Assembly (NCBI GenBank): GCA_016934035.1
Contig: JAFGTP010000012.1
Span: 11,879-75,878 of the forward strand
Origin: Fidelibacterota bacterium
Lineage (GTDB): Bacteria; Fidelibacterota; UBA2242; JAFGTP01
Direction of reading: 5' to 3'
Length of the DNA stretch: 64,000 nucleotides
Shown: positions 26,701 through 34,133 of the stretch, piece after piece
Layout: each line of letters begins with the position of its first letter
Numbering within the stretch: the stretch's first letter is position 1
Made by a program: the position numbers and the translations under genes
The notes under the pieces: generated by a model
What the model was told of the DNA's origin: nothing
Databases searched by the model: none
The model's input: only the letters and a program-made list of their open reading frames with translations

Positions 26701-27693
26701 ATTGGTAGTATCAATGGTCTGGATCTTCTCAGTCTCAAAAACCACCTGATGGGTACAAAAGTCCTGACCAACAATTCCAAGAAAGCGGCTGATTGTAATC
26801 TGGATTATAATATCAATGGCAATGATTTATTGCTGCTACAAAATTATTTATTGGGAAAAACTGTATCCGCACCCCTGGGTACCTGGGAATTCAATCCTGA
26901 AAAATATGAATATGAAATCATTGTCGGTGATATGCTCAATAAAAATTTCACGGCCTTTATCTATGGCGATGTCAATCTGAGCTGGAATGAAAGTGAAGCC
27001 CTGGCAAAAGAAATTTTTGCTCATCAGACCAATCTGGAATTTGATGACATGTATTTTTCTGACGGAGAATATCTCTATTTACCCCTTACCATTGACAATA
27101 GTCTGAAAATGGCTGTGATTGATTGGATGATTGAATACAATCCGGATGAATTGGAGTTTGTGGGCATTACAGGTCCGGTAAACTTTCAATCCAATATTGT
27201 TGATAAGGGCGTAAAAATCTCCTGGCTGTATGATGGCAGGGAAATCACGATTAACGAGAACCAAGCCCTGGCTGAATTGAAATTCATCATCAAGTCCTCA
27301 GCAAATACCACCACTGTCACATTTTCCGGCAATAGTCTGACGGCTGACAAAAATGAAAATGTTTATCATATCAATTATGCCTCCGGAAAATTAAATCTTA
27401 ACAAACAACTGAAAGAGGTTATTATTCCTGAAAAAACAGAGTTGTTTGCTAATTATCCGAATCCCTTTAATCCGTCTACCATGATCCGGTTTGGCCTGGC
27501 TGAAGATGCAAAAGTACATTTAGCAATCTATGATGTTCGCGGAAGATTGGTTGAGACTTTAGTAAATGAAAATAAAAATGCAGGTTATTATACGATCCAT
27601 TGGGACGCTTCAAAAATGGCTTCCGGTGTTTATATCTATAAATTGCAGACCAATAATTATAATGACATTAAAAAATGTATTTTTCTGAAATAA
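23794..27693 (+). CDS. 1299-aa secreted multidomain protein: vWA - repeated beta-sandwich modules - LamG/DUF1080-like - Fn3-like - dockerin-like - cohesin-like - T9SS CTD
   Basis: AGGGGG RBS, signal peptide, and the domain motifs listed in the sub-features below. Confidence 0.85.
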   Translation: MNKKLMTFILFCLVLGTILSAYDSADNYKPANYVPAVIQHEPIGPQYAPMLVEPLSVQINSINIQKWPFVYLNVNVDTNGAGINSLDKNNFEVYEDGILQSDLFDVLPPASGEGNRLADFIFVLDVSGSMGEEIEAVRQNMSAFLDALANSGINYNVGFVVFADPHYVYNDGFLYSDKNQIQSVIDNMELGEHDLGLGGDIPEDQLDALVSASAMNFRPGAQRVAIMITDAPAHTFADVNGKWTNQTVDSCIEELMAQSITVYPVFATRAINGILQVNVDKQIEQYIPIAQATQTGLYFDVWDPFDEILNTIYEVIANTYLVRYYSNNNRTCDYDRFVDVIVDYRLEQNHDTISYTIGAVPMIERTQATLQLHNSSRPENVSFNIDVTITDDVAPFTQSAELLYKTSTGTSFKTMAFTYISDNLWRATVPAADVDFPGFDYYITATDGQFTSTLPSMEPYKNPFQLAVGTNELPVVDHTPLESYSYLNTAIAISANVTDATDNVDRVELYYKKYGQLLYDMTEMTKSGGNTYLSEIPSNIVTTDGFEYFIKAADNHNVARYVGDYDAPIFVRCALTPPGHFTAELIDSTDGLVELKWRKEINNGGFYEDFGDTLIPEWKIVTGQWHVADGNFNTSNSTHQRNSVYYNDYFENFVLEARMKRSGGSPYGIGLYFNGDPTEVSASGKWADGYAFTYCTAGNWDLIVYENGYSKAIQPLVCSSEILQGDNQWNILKVVYAYGYIDVYINHKLQGSYFDETHKRGRIGLHLHDDQLAGTAAFDYVTLTPLPDQYSFGTLQLADHQFSMIYDRQNQEMTTEELPSLKLARCSYPTYGLNFQYLVKNNAYLTEEEPTFKFFKVYRDNYCIAESHKSYYYDNLEVSGTYKYKVTSLYEEGESRPAGPAKIIWGEENIVGSTFSGNLLYLNSNEPLVGDTLELTGDLDNISITDANGFYQFKGLSSHTIVMPKKTGEIGSINGLDLLSLKNHLMGTKVLTNNSKKAADCNLDYNINGNDLLLLQNYLLGKTVSAPLGTWEFNPEKYEYEIIVGDMLNKNFTAFIYGDVNLSWNESEALAKEIFAHQTNLEFDDMYFSDGEYLYLPLTIDNSLKMAVIDWMIEYNPDELEFVGITGPVNFQSNIVDKGVKISWLYDGREITINENQALAELKFIIKSSANTTTVTFSGNSLTADKNENVYHINYASGKLNLNKQLKEVIIPEKTELFANYPNPFNPSTMIRFGLAEDAKVHLAIYDVRGRLVETLVNENKNAGYYTIHWDASKMASGVYIYKLQTNNYNDIKKCIFLK
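24136..24690 (+). other. von Willebrand factor type A domain with MIDAS motif
   Basis: DFIFVLDVSGSMGEEIEAVRQNMSAFLDAL (DxSxS at 24166-24180), followed by ...AIMITDAPAH... Confidence 0.8.
25603..26145 (+). other. Concanavalin-A-like lectin (LamG / DUF1080-like) domain
   Basis: EWKIVTGQWHVADGNF...YFENFVLEARMKR...GIGLYFNG...GYAFTY...IDVYINHKLQG...GRIGLH. Confidence 0.55.
26707..26862 (+). other. Dockerin-like duplicated segment (first Ca loop degenerate, second intact)
   Basis: SINGLDLLSLKNHLMG ... DCNLDYNINGNDLLLLQNYLLG. The second segment fits D-x-N-x-D-x-x-I-N-x-x-D followed by a helix ending LLG. Confidence 0.55.
27070..27402 (+). other. Cohesin-like module
   Basis: YLYLPLTIDNSLKMAVIDWMIEYNPDELEFVGITGP...GVKISWLYDG...ALAELKFIIKSSANTTTVTFSG...ASGKLNL. 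It follows the same pattern as the three modules of the next gene. Confidence 0.55.
27421..27690 (+). other. T9SS type-A CTD
   Basis: IIPEKTELFANYPNPFNPSTMIRFGL...VHLAIYDVRGRLV...GYYTIHWDASKMASGVYIYKLQTNNYNDIKKCIFLK. Confidence 0.85.
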
Positions 27694-27705
27694 ATAGGTG
27701 CTATT

Positions 27706-29268
27706 ATGAAAATCTATAAAATTATTTTAGCATTTATTATCTCGATAACTTTCGGGTTTGGTGTAACACTGGACCTGAGAGTCAATGAAATAACCGGGCT
27801 CGTTGGCAATGAGGTGGAACTTGCAATCGTTACAGAAAATGGATTCTCGAACGTTGCCATGATGGAACTTGAATTGCTTTTTGACGACACAAAAATGACT
27901 TTTTTAAATAGTGAAAGCAGTCTGTTGTCCAGTGCCAATATCAATGCCAGCAACGGTGTTTTGAAAATTGTCTGGATCTATACCAGCAACATGATGGCGC
28001 TGGCTTCAGGCGATACACTGGCCAAATTGAGTTTTGATGTTTTGCCGTCAAACAATCAAACCGGCGATTATCTGACCCTGAGTTTCACAGATAAATGTAT
28101 GGCCAGTGATAAAGATGAAAACCTTTTTGACATGACTTTGGTTAATGGCGGTATCCATGTGACGGAAAATACGATATTTTTCTCGATACCCAGAGTCGTC
28201 AAATATGACAATACCAGTGTATCAGTACCGGTTATTGTGAATTATGGTTTTGATAATGTCGCCATGGTTGAATTGCATATTGCTTTTGATCAGACCAAAT
28301 TGACCTATAACAGTATCACAAGTTCTTACATCAATGCCGAAAATGTCAATTTGATCGGCAATGTGCTGACTATTCTCTGGGTCTACGAAGGGACGTCGAT
28401 GAATATTGCTGATAACCAAGATTTACTGAGCATCAATTTTACTGCGAATATGCCTGAAGGTTCAGAATCCTTTGCGTCGGTCAGGTTTGTGGGTGAAAAT
28501 AATGTCAGCGATGCCGATGCCTATCCATTTATGCTCTTATTTAAGGATGGCGGGGTGTTAAATTTTGATACCAGTTCGATGCTCATCACGATACCCTCTG
28601 TTACTGGCTATGATAACAAACCGGTTACGGTTCCCATGGTCGTGGATTACAGTGTGACCAATGTCGGGTCAATTCAACTATATGTTAATTATGATGATGA
28701 AAATATGGATTATTCGGGAATGGAAAGTGCCTACTTGTCCAGTTCCAATGTAACCCGGAATGGAAATACGATTACGATCAGTTGGTCAAGCGGAACAGGA
28801 ATTAATTTTTCTGACAATGACACATTGGTAAAATTCAATTTCAATGTGGACCTGACCAGTGACGTTGTTAATTTCGTTCCGGTAACTTTTACTGGTGAAA
28901 ACAGTGTCAGTGATGCCAGCGGAAATCCTTTTCAGCTGTATCTGGATGATGGTGGTGTCAACATTGAAGAGTGGGTCAGTGGATTAGATCAGGATATTAT
29001 TATACGGGAATTCAAATTATACCAGAATTATCCAAATCCTTTTAATCCAACCACAACGATAAGTTTTGATCTGGCCGAATCTGCCACAATCAACCTCAGT
29101 ATTTACAACCTTAGCGGAGAATTGCTGCAAACCCTGGTCAATTCCAGGCTGGATAATGGGCATCATCGCATTAAATGGCAGGCCGGGAATTTTTCATCAG
29201 GAATTTATATCTACAGATTACAGTCCGACGGTTTCCATGAAACCCAAAAATGTATTTTGATGAAATAA
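27706..29268 (+). CDS. 520-aa secreted protein with three tandem cohesin-like modules and a T9SS CTD (candidate surface scaffold)
   Basis: It starts 12 nt after the previous stop with an AGGTG RBS. It has a signal peptide, three mutually alignable ~130-aa modules, and the CTD YQNYPNPFNPTTTISFDL...SGIYIYRLQSDGFHETQKCILMK. Confidence 0.85.
   Translation: MKIYKIILAFIISITFGFGVTLDLRVNEITGLVGNEVELAIVTENGFSNVAMMELELLFDDTKMTFLNSESSLLSSANINASNGVLKIVWIYTSNMMALASGDTLAKLSFDVLPSNNQTGDYLTLSFTDKCMASDKDENLFDMTLVNGGIHVTENTIFFSIPRVVKYDNTSVSVPVIVNYGFDNVAMVELHIAFDQTKLTYNSITSSYINAENVNLIGNVLTILWVYEGTSMNIADNQDLLSINFTANMPEGSESFASVRFVGENNVSDADAYPFMLLFKDGGVLNFDTSSMLITIPSVTGYDNKPVTVPMVVDYSVTNVGSIQLYVNYDDENMDYSGMESAYLSSSNVTRNGNTITISWSSGTGINFSDNDTLVKFNFNVDLTSDVVNFVPVTFTGENSVSDASGNPFQLYLDDGGVNIEEWVSGLDQDIIIREFKLYQNYPNPFNPTTTISFDLAESATINLSIYNLSGELLQTLVNSRLDNGHHRIKWQAGNFSSGIYIYRLQSDGFHETQKCILMK
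27763..28968 (+). repeat. Three tandem ~130-aa cohesin-like protein modules (approx. 27763-28160, 28171-28564, 28574-28968)
   Basis: The three modules align with each other:
- GFSNVAMMELELLFDDTKMTFLNSES...NGVLKIVWIY...LAKLSFDV
- GFDNVAMVELHIAFDQTKLTYNSITS...GNVLTILWVY...LLSINFTA
- VTNVGSIQLYVNYDDENMDYSGMES...GNTITISWSS...LVKFNFNV. Confidence 0.6.
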
Positions 29269-29296
29269 GTTTATTCGATAATATTAAAAAATAAAG

Positions 29297-29329
29297 AAAA
29301 GGCCGGTTCAAAAACTGGCCTTTTCTTTG
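29297..29329 (+). terminator. Rho-independent terminator of the cohesin operon
   Basis: AAAAGGCCGG-ttcaaaaa-CTGGCCTTTT followed by CTTT. Confidence 0.6.
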
Positions 29330-29751
29330 ATAATGTGAATTTTTTATCGTTTATATTAACCCAGTCTATGCAATGGGAATTTTCCTCATTTTTCATTGCC
29401 AGGGCTTTCAAGCCATGGATGATCATGATACTCAAATCAGGGCTTTAGCATTATAACTGTTTATGGGATAAAGCAAGTTTTAAAAGGGAATTCCCTTTGT
29501 AGAAGAAAAAACCAGAAATCAACAATTCGAATGATTCCATGGAATTTATTATTAATAACATGTGAGTTCGATATATGATAATTGCTCAATTATTGAATAG
29601 CATTAATCATAAGTAATATCTCGCAAGTGATAATTCCTGTTTTCACTTTTCCGGTCCAAAGCGATAATGCGAATTATCGTTTACATTTGAAAACTGGAAA
29701 GTTGATCCAAAAAGCTGAGGTCGAACTGATGTTAATATCAATCATTGAAAA

Positions 29752-29791
29752 AGTAAAAAAAAAGGCGGACTATCATGAGACCGCCTTTTTT
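29752..29791 (-). terminator. Rho-independent terminator of the Fn3/FGE-like gene
   Basis: The minus strand reads AAAGGCGG-tctcatgatagt-CCGCCTTT followed by T7+. It lies 18 nt after the stop at 29809. Confidence 0.7.
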
Positions 29792-29808
29792 GTAAAGTTT
29801 TAATTGTT

Positions 29809-32388
29809 TTACCGTGTCCGGCAAATCCTGAAACCGATATAATCATAGGAAAATTCGGGAGAATTGTTGTTTCGGTTGGTTGTACGGGCATAAAAGGGTC
29901 CATAATTATAAGACCCACCCCGATTGACCTTTCTGCCATTGGATGCGGCTTTGGAGGGGCCGGTGGGGAAATAGGGATTGCCGGTAATCTGACCTTCAAT
30001 ATACCAGTCCCAGCACCATTCAAAGACATTACCGCTCATATCAAAGATGCCCAGTAAATTGGCTTTCAGCTGTCCAACCGGTTGAATAATATCGGGGCTG
30101 TTTTTGGCTGTATAGGCATATTCATCGATTTCATCCCAAAAATTGGTACCGCTGTATCTTTGGTCATTTCGGCCACCACTGCGGGCGGCGTATTCCCATT
30201 CGGCTTCTGTCGGCAGACGATATCCTTTGGCTTCCCAGTTTGCTACGACGGAGTCAGGAAAAACCGTATAAACCGGCAGCAAACCGTGCTGAATGCTGAG
30301 CCAGTTGCAATATTCAACAGCGCCGTACCAGGTGACTTCCATGACAGGACTCAGAATACCCGCAATCTTGGAGCGCTGGACAAAATAGAATTCGATGTTG
30401 TCCCATTCAATAGCGCAGTCCATGTCATTCATATCCAGGAGATAATTGCCGTTTAATTTACCCTGGCCATCGGCACCGGAGTTGTTAAGAAATTCGATAA
30501 ATTGCTGATGAGTGATTTCGTAAGTGCCCATAAAAAAATCCGGCAGATTAACATTACGCAAGGTCTGTTCATCCTTGTCACCCTCATGCCAAATGTCACC
30601 CATGACAAAGGAACCGCCTTCGACATAGCGCAATCCGGCGGGGGGTAACAAAACCTCTACTATATTGGTTTTGTTACTTTGGTTTTTGGAAGTAAAAGCA
30701 AAAACCCGGTATTGGTAGCGGAAATCATTTTGCAGACCGGTTTCAGTATATTCATGAATGTCAGGACCGACGGAGCCGATTTCGACAAAAGCTGCGCCGT
30801 CATCACTTCTTTCTATTTTAAAACCGGATTCAAAATGACAGCTGTCTTCCCAGTGCAGGGTGAGAGAATATTCATCCAGTTCTTCCAGGATCAGATTATA
30901 GGGGGCATTGATCTTGATTGTTATGGCTTTGGTTTCATTGGAATATTCGCTGCTGTTAAATTGGGTTGAGGCCTTGACGCGATACTGATAGCTGGTGGCA
31001 TAGGAAACGGTGTTATCGGTGAAAGTTGTATTGTTGGCATTGACAGTGGCAATTTCGCTGTAGCCGGAGCCGGAATTTCTCTCGATTACATATTGGGATT
31101 CAAAAGGACAATTATCTTCCCAGGTGAGAGAGATGTGCTCATCATCGATAAATTGGGACTGAAGGTTGGTTGGGGCTTCCATAAAACTGAAAACGGAGGT
31201 GTTTAAACTGCCGGATTTTTTTTCGCCGAAGTAGGCATAGACGATATAAAAATTGGTTTGTCCGTAGACGGGGTTTTCATCGGTCCAGGTAGTGACGTTG
31301 CCGATGACAGAACCATAGTTTTCCACCCATTCTCCGTTGCCCACTTTGCGATCAACTTTAAAACCTTCCTCATCGTCACTGTTGTCGGTCCAGTTCAGGA
31401 CAACGGCCTTATCGGAAACCAGTTGTCCGGTGAGGTCGGAAGGGGCCGGGAAAAGGGTCGAAATAGCGACTTCTTTGCTGGAAGAAGTCTGGTCTTTATT
31501 ATAGGCTGTGATACGATAGCGGAAATTGGCAGCCGGCAGGGCATTTTCATCAGTATAGGTAGTAATATTTTTTCCCACAACAGCATAGCCGGTCTGCCAG
31601 TCATTGCTTTCATATTTGCGGTCTATGGTAAAACCATCTTCCCCCAGGATATTTTCCTTCCAGGTCAATTTGATTCTGGCCAGAGACAGCTGTTCCGCAG
31701 CAAAGTCGGTGGGAGAGGGAAAGAATATGTTTTGTGAAGACTGGATTTGGGCTGAGTTGTGGCTGCTGTAAAAAGCATAGACCCGGTAGAGGTTGGTTTT
31801 ATTCGGGACGGCCATGGTGTCCAGGAAAGAGGTGGCATTTTGACCCAGAGTCTTATAGTTGATTTGCCAGTCTTCAGCGCCGATTTTGCGGTCAATTTTA
31901 AAGCCTTCCTCACCATCGGAATTGTCCTTCCAGGTAAGATTGATCTGGTTCAGGGTCAGTTGTTCCAGCTGCAGGTCCGAAGGTTTAGGAAAAACAGGTG
32001 TAATGGTGATCGTTTTGGAACTGGAACTCTCTTCATGAGCAAAGGTGGTGATGCGGTATTCGTGGACAAGTGTAGTGTCCGGAGTCAGTCCGTCATCAGT
32101 GATACTGTATTCAGCAGCATCAGTCTTATCAAGGGTTCTGAAGTTTTCTGTCCAGGCGTTGTCAGCGGTTCTTTTGTCGATTCTGAAACCATCGACATTT
32201 TCTTCCATTTGGTGCCAGGTCAGTTTTGCAGTAAAGACATTTAACTGTTCCAGTGACAAACCATCTGGCGACCATTGGTCCGGTGAGAGCTGGTTTTTTG
32301 CGTCATGAGGGTTCGTCCATAATCGATCTTCGCAGTGATAAAGGACAATTAAGATTAGTAGGAGTGATAAATATTGGATTGTTTTCAT
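29809..32388 (-). CDS. Probable lipoprotein with six Fn3-like repeats and a C-terminal FGE-sulfatase (SUMF1) fold domain lacking the catalytic cysteines
   Basis: The start is moved to ATG 32388 (MKTIQYLSLLLILIVLYHC), 13 nt after the PEGA gene stop. There are six ~90-aa repeats (L.L.W.DNS..EEGFKIDRK...Y.Y.V.A). The FGE fold shows YVEGGSFVMGD...GYRLPTEAEWEYAARSG...GNVFEWCWDW...RGGSYNYGPFYARTTNRN...IGFRICR. Confidence 0.85.
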   Translation of the reverse strand: MKTIQYLSLLLILIVLYHCEDRLWTNPHDAKNQLSPDQWSPDGLSLEQLNVFTAKLTWHQMEENVDGFRIDKRTADNAWTENFRTLDKTDAAEYSITDDGLTPDTTLVHEYRITTFAHEESSSSKTITITPVFPKPSDLQLEQLTLNQINLTWKDNSDGEEGFKIDRKIGAEDWQINYKTLGQNATSFLDTMAVPNKTNLYRVYAFYSSHNSAQIQSSQNIFFPSPTDFAAEQLSLARIKLTWKENILGEDGFTIDRKYESNDWQTGYAVVGKNITTYTDENALPAANFRYRITAYNKDQTSSSKEVAISTLFPAPSDLTGQLVSDKAVVLNWTDNSDDEEGFKVDRKVGNGEWVENYGSVIGNVTTWTDENPVYGQTNFYIVYAYFGEKKSGSLNTSVFSFMEAPTNLQSQFIDDEHISLTWEDNCPFESQYVIERNSGSGYSEIATVNANNTTFTDNTVSYATSYQYRVKASTQFNSSEYSNETKAITIKINAPYNLILEELDEYSLTLHWEDSCHFESGFKIERSDDGAAFVEIGSVGPDIHEYTETGLQNDFRYQYRVFAFTSKNQSNKTNIVEVLLPPAGLRYVEGGSFVMGDIWHEGDKDEQTLRNVNLPDFFMGTYEITHQQFIEFLNNSGADGQGKLNGNYLLDMNDMDCAIEWDNIEFYFVQRSKIAGILSPVMEVTWYGAVEYCNWLSIQHGLLPVYTVFPDSVVANWEAKGYRLPTEAEWEYAARSGGRNDQRYSGTNFWDEIDEYAYTAKNSPDIIQPVGQLKANLLGIFDMSGNVFEWCWDWYIEGQITGNPYFPTGPSKAASNGRKVNRGGSYNYGPFYARTTNRNNNSPEFSYDYIGFRICRTR

Positions 32389-32401
32389 ATTTATGCCTCT
32401 G

Positions 32402-34063
32402 TCATTTAAAATTGTAAGAAAGTTGAATTTGATGTCCGGTGCAAGGATCGTAGCCCACATTGAGTTGGGTCTTCAGTTGCCTGATTTTCATGTGGCAGTA
32501 TATGGATGGCATGAGAAGGGCAACTCCCGCACCGATGGCAGCCGGATATAACTGGTCTTTCATTTCGATGGAATCATGTAGGGAAGTGGCGTTGGAACCG
32601 GCCTTCTTGTAATCTTCATAATCCTGGTCGGAGGAAAATTTCAGCACAGCGCCGGTGATGGTCGATGCGATAGCTGTGTAAAAGCTCAGGTTGCGAACGA
32701 TTTTCAGACGATGGATACGTTTGTTGATTTCCATCATATTGGGATCAAGAACAATGTTCAGGGATTTTTTTTCGCCGGGTAGCAGCGCTACGGTCAGGCT
32801 TTTTTCGAAAAAATTCCGTTTGGTAAAGGTGATATCATAGGTGCCGGTTTCCAGTTCGCCTTTCCAGGGGGTTTTGTAACTGGTTTCGCTGTTGATGGAA
32901 AATTTTGCATTATCAGGATTGCTGCTGATTTCCAGCATGCCCAGCTGCGAAATGGATTTGGTGTAGGTATAAGTTGCGCCAGCGGAAATATTGATGACCT
33001 CTTCTGTGGTTGCAAAATTGTTTTTGGTTATTTTTATAGTGTGAAACCCTTTGCTGACATTTTCAATCAGCATGGGCGTTTTTCCGACCATATTTCCATC
33101 CAGATAGATATTGGAACCTTCGGGCTGGGATTGAACGTCAATTCTGCCGTAAAGGGGCATTAGGTCCAGGAAAATTGATTGCTGTTCGGGTGAATTGAGG
33201 TTCACCAGTATTTCACCTGAATAACCGGATGTCTTCATTTCAATTTTATAATTTCCGAAAACCAGATTGTCGATCACAGCCGGAGAATTTTTCGGCAGTT
33301 TGTTGCCGTTAATATAAATTTCAGCGTCGGTAGGATTGGATTCAATTTTAATGCTGCCCATGGTTGTGTTTTGGATTTGGGAAGTGATGGTCGGCTGCTG
33401 TGGCAGATTTGCTACTGGTTGCTGGGGATAGGAAACCACAGGCTGCTGAACCGGCAAAGCGCCTTCTTTTTCCAGCGTAAATTCAAAGAAATGATTAGCA
33501 GGGCTGACGGTGATATTTTTGCGCAGGGTCTTGTATCCCATTTTCTGAATTTCCAACAGATGTTGTCCGGAAGTGACGGTAAATTGTTCATTAATGCCAA
33601 TATAGTTTCCGTCCAGATAATATTTGGTCAGCGGCGGTGTGGTCTTGACGGTAATCATGACCTGGGTGGGTGAAGTGGATACCGGCGCCCGGTGACCATC
33701 GGAAATGGAAATTTCCCACATTTCTTTTGGGTTCAGTTGGATACCATAATCAGCAAAATTAATTGGGAAGGGCTCATAGTTTTGATGATAGATTTCAATA
33801 GCCTGTTCCTGGGGCAAAACAAAGACGATATCTTCATTCTCCAGGTCATCAATCTGAACAATTCCCAGATAGGAATCATACTGAAGGCCTTCGATTGTGG
33901 AGATGATTCGCAGGGCCGAGCAATATCTGCCTTCGGAATCCTGAACATCAACACTGACGTATTTGATTTTTTTGGCTTCAATGTGAAGGTTTAGTTGCTG
34001 TGCAAACAAATTCGACAGCAGCAGTGCCAGCAAAGTAATCAATAAAGATAATTTTTTTTCCAT
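32402..34063 (-). CDS. PEGA-domain protein with signal peptide and C-terminal membrane anchor
   Basis: Repeated PEGA-type modules are present, e.g. IDVQSQPEGSNIYLDGNMVGKTPMLIENVSKGFHTIKI and IESNPTDAEIYINGNKL...GNYKIEM. There is a hydrophobic segment near the C-terminus. AAGGA RBS. Confidence 0.8.
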   Translation of the reverse strand: MEKKLSLLITLLALLLSNLFAQQLNLHIEAKKIKYVSVDVQDSEGRYCSALRIISTIEGLQYDSYLGIVQIDDLENEDIVFVLPQEQAIEIYHQNYEPFPINFADYGIQLNPKEMWEISISDGHRAPVSTSPTQVMITVKTTPPLTKYYLDGNYIGINEQFTVTSGQHLLEIQKMGYKTLRKNITVSPANHFFEFTLEKEGALPVQQPVVSYPQQPVANLPQQPTITSQIQNTTMGSIKIESNPTDAEIYINGNKLPKNSPAVIDNLVFGNYKIEMKTSGYSGEILVNLNSPEQQSIFLDLMPLYGRIDVQSQPEGSNIYLDGNMVGKTPMLIENVSKGFHTIKITKNNFATTEEVINISAGATYTYTKSISQLGMLEISSNPDNAKFSINSETSYKTPWKGELETGTYDITFTKRNFFEKSLTVALLPGEKKSLNIVLDPNMMEINKRIHRLKIVRNLSFYTAIASTITGAVLKFSSDQDYEDYKKAGSNATSLHDSIEMKDQLYPAAIGAGVALLMPSIYCHMKIRQLKTQLNVGYDPCTGHQIQLSYNFK

Positions 34064-34133
34064 TATACGAATATCCTTTTCATTCTTGATATGGCGAAAA
34101 CTACTAAAAATATAGTGAATATAAAAAGCATTA

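Noticed and set aside
29809-29960. Diversity-generating retroelement (DGR) target. The C-terminus of the FGE-fold protein (RGGSYNYGPFYARTTNRNNNSPEFSYDYIGFRICR) resembles the Asn/Tyr-rich variable regions of C-type-lectin-fold DGR targets.
   Set aside because: No reverse transcriptase ORF (no YxDD-type protein) occurs anywhere in the window. I could not find a template repeat matching the last ~120 bp of the gene. The only resemblance in the downstream spacer is a 9-nt 'caacaattc' on the wrong strand. The motif is also common to non-DGR FGE-fold proteins.
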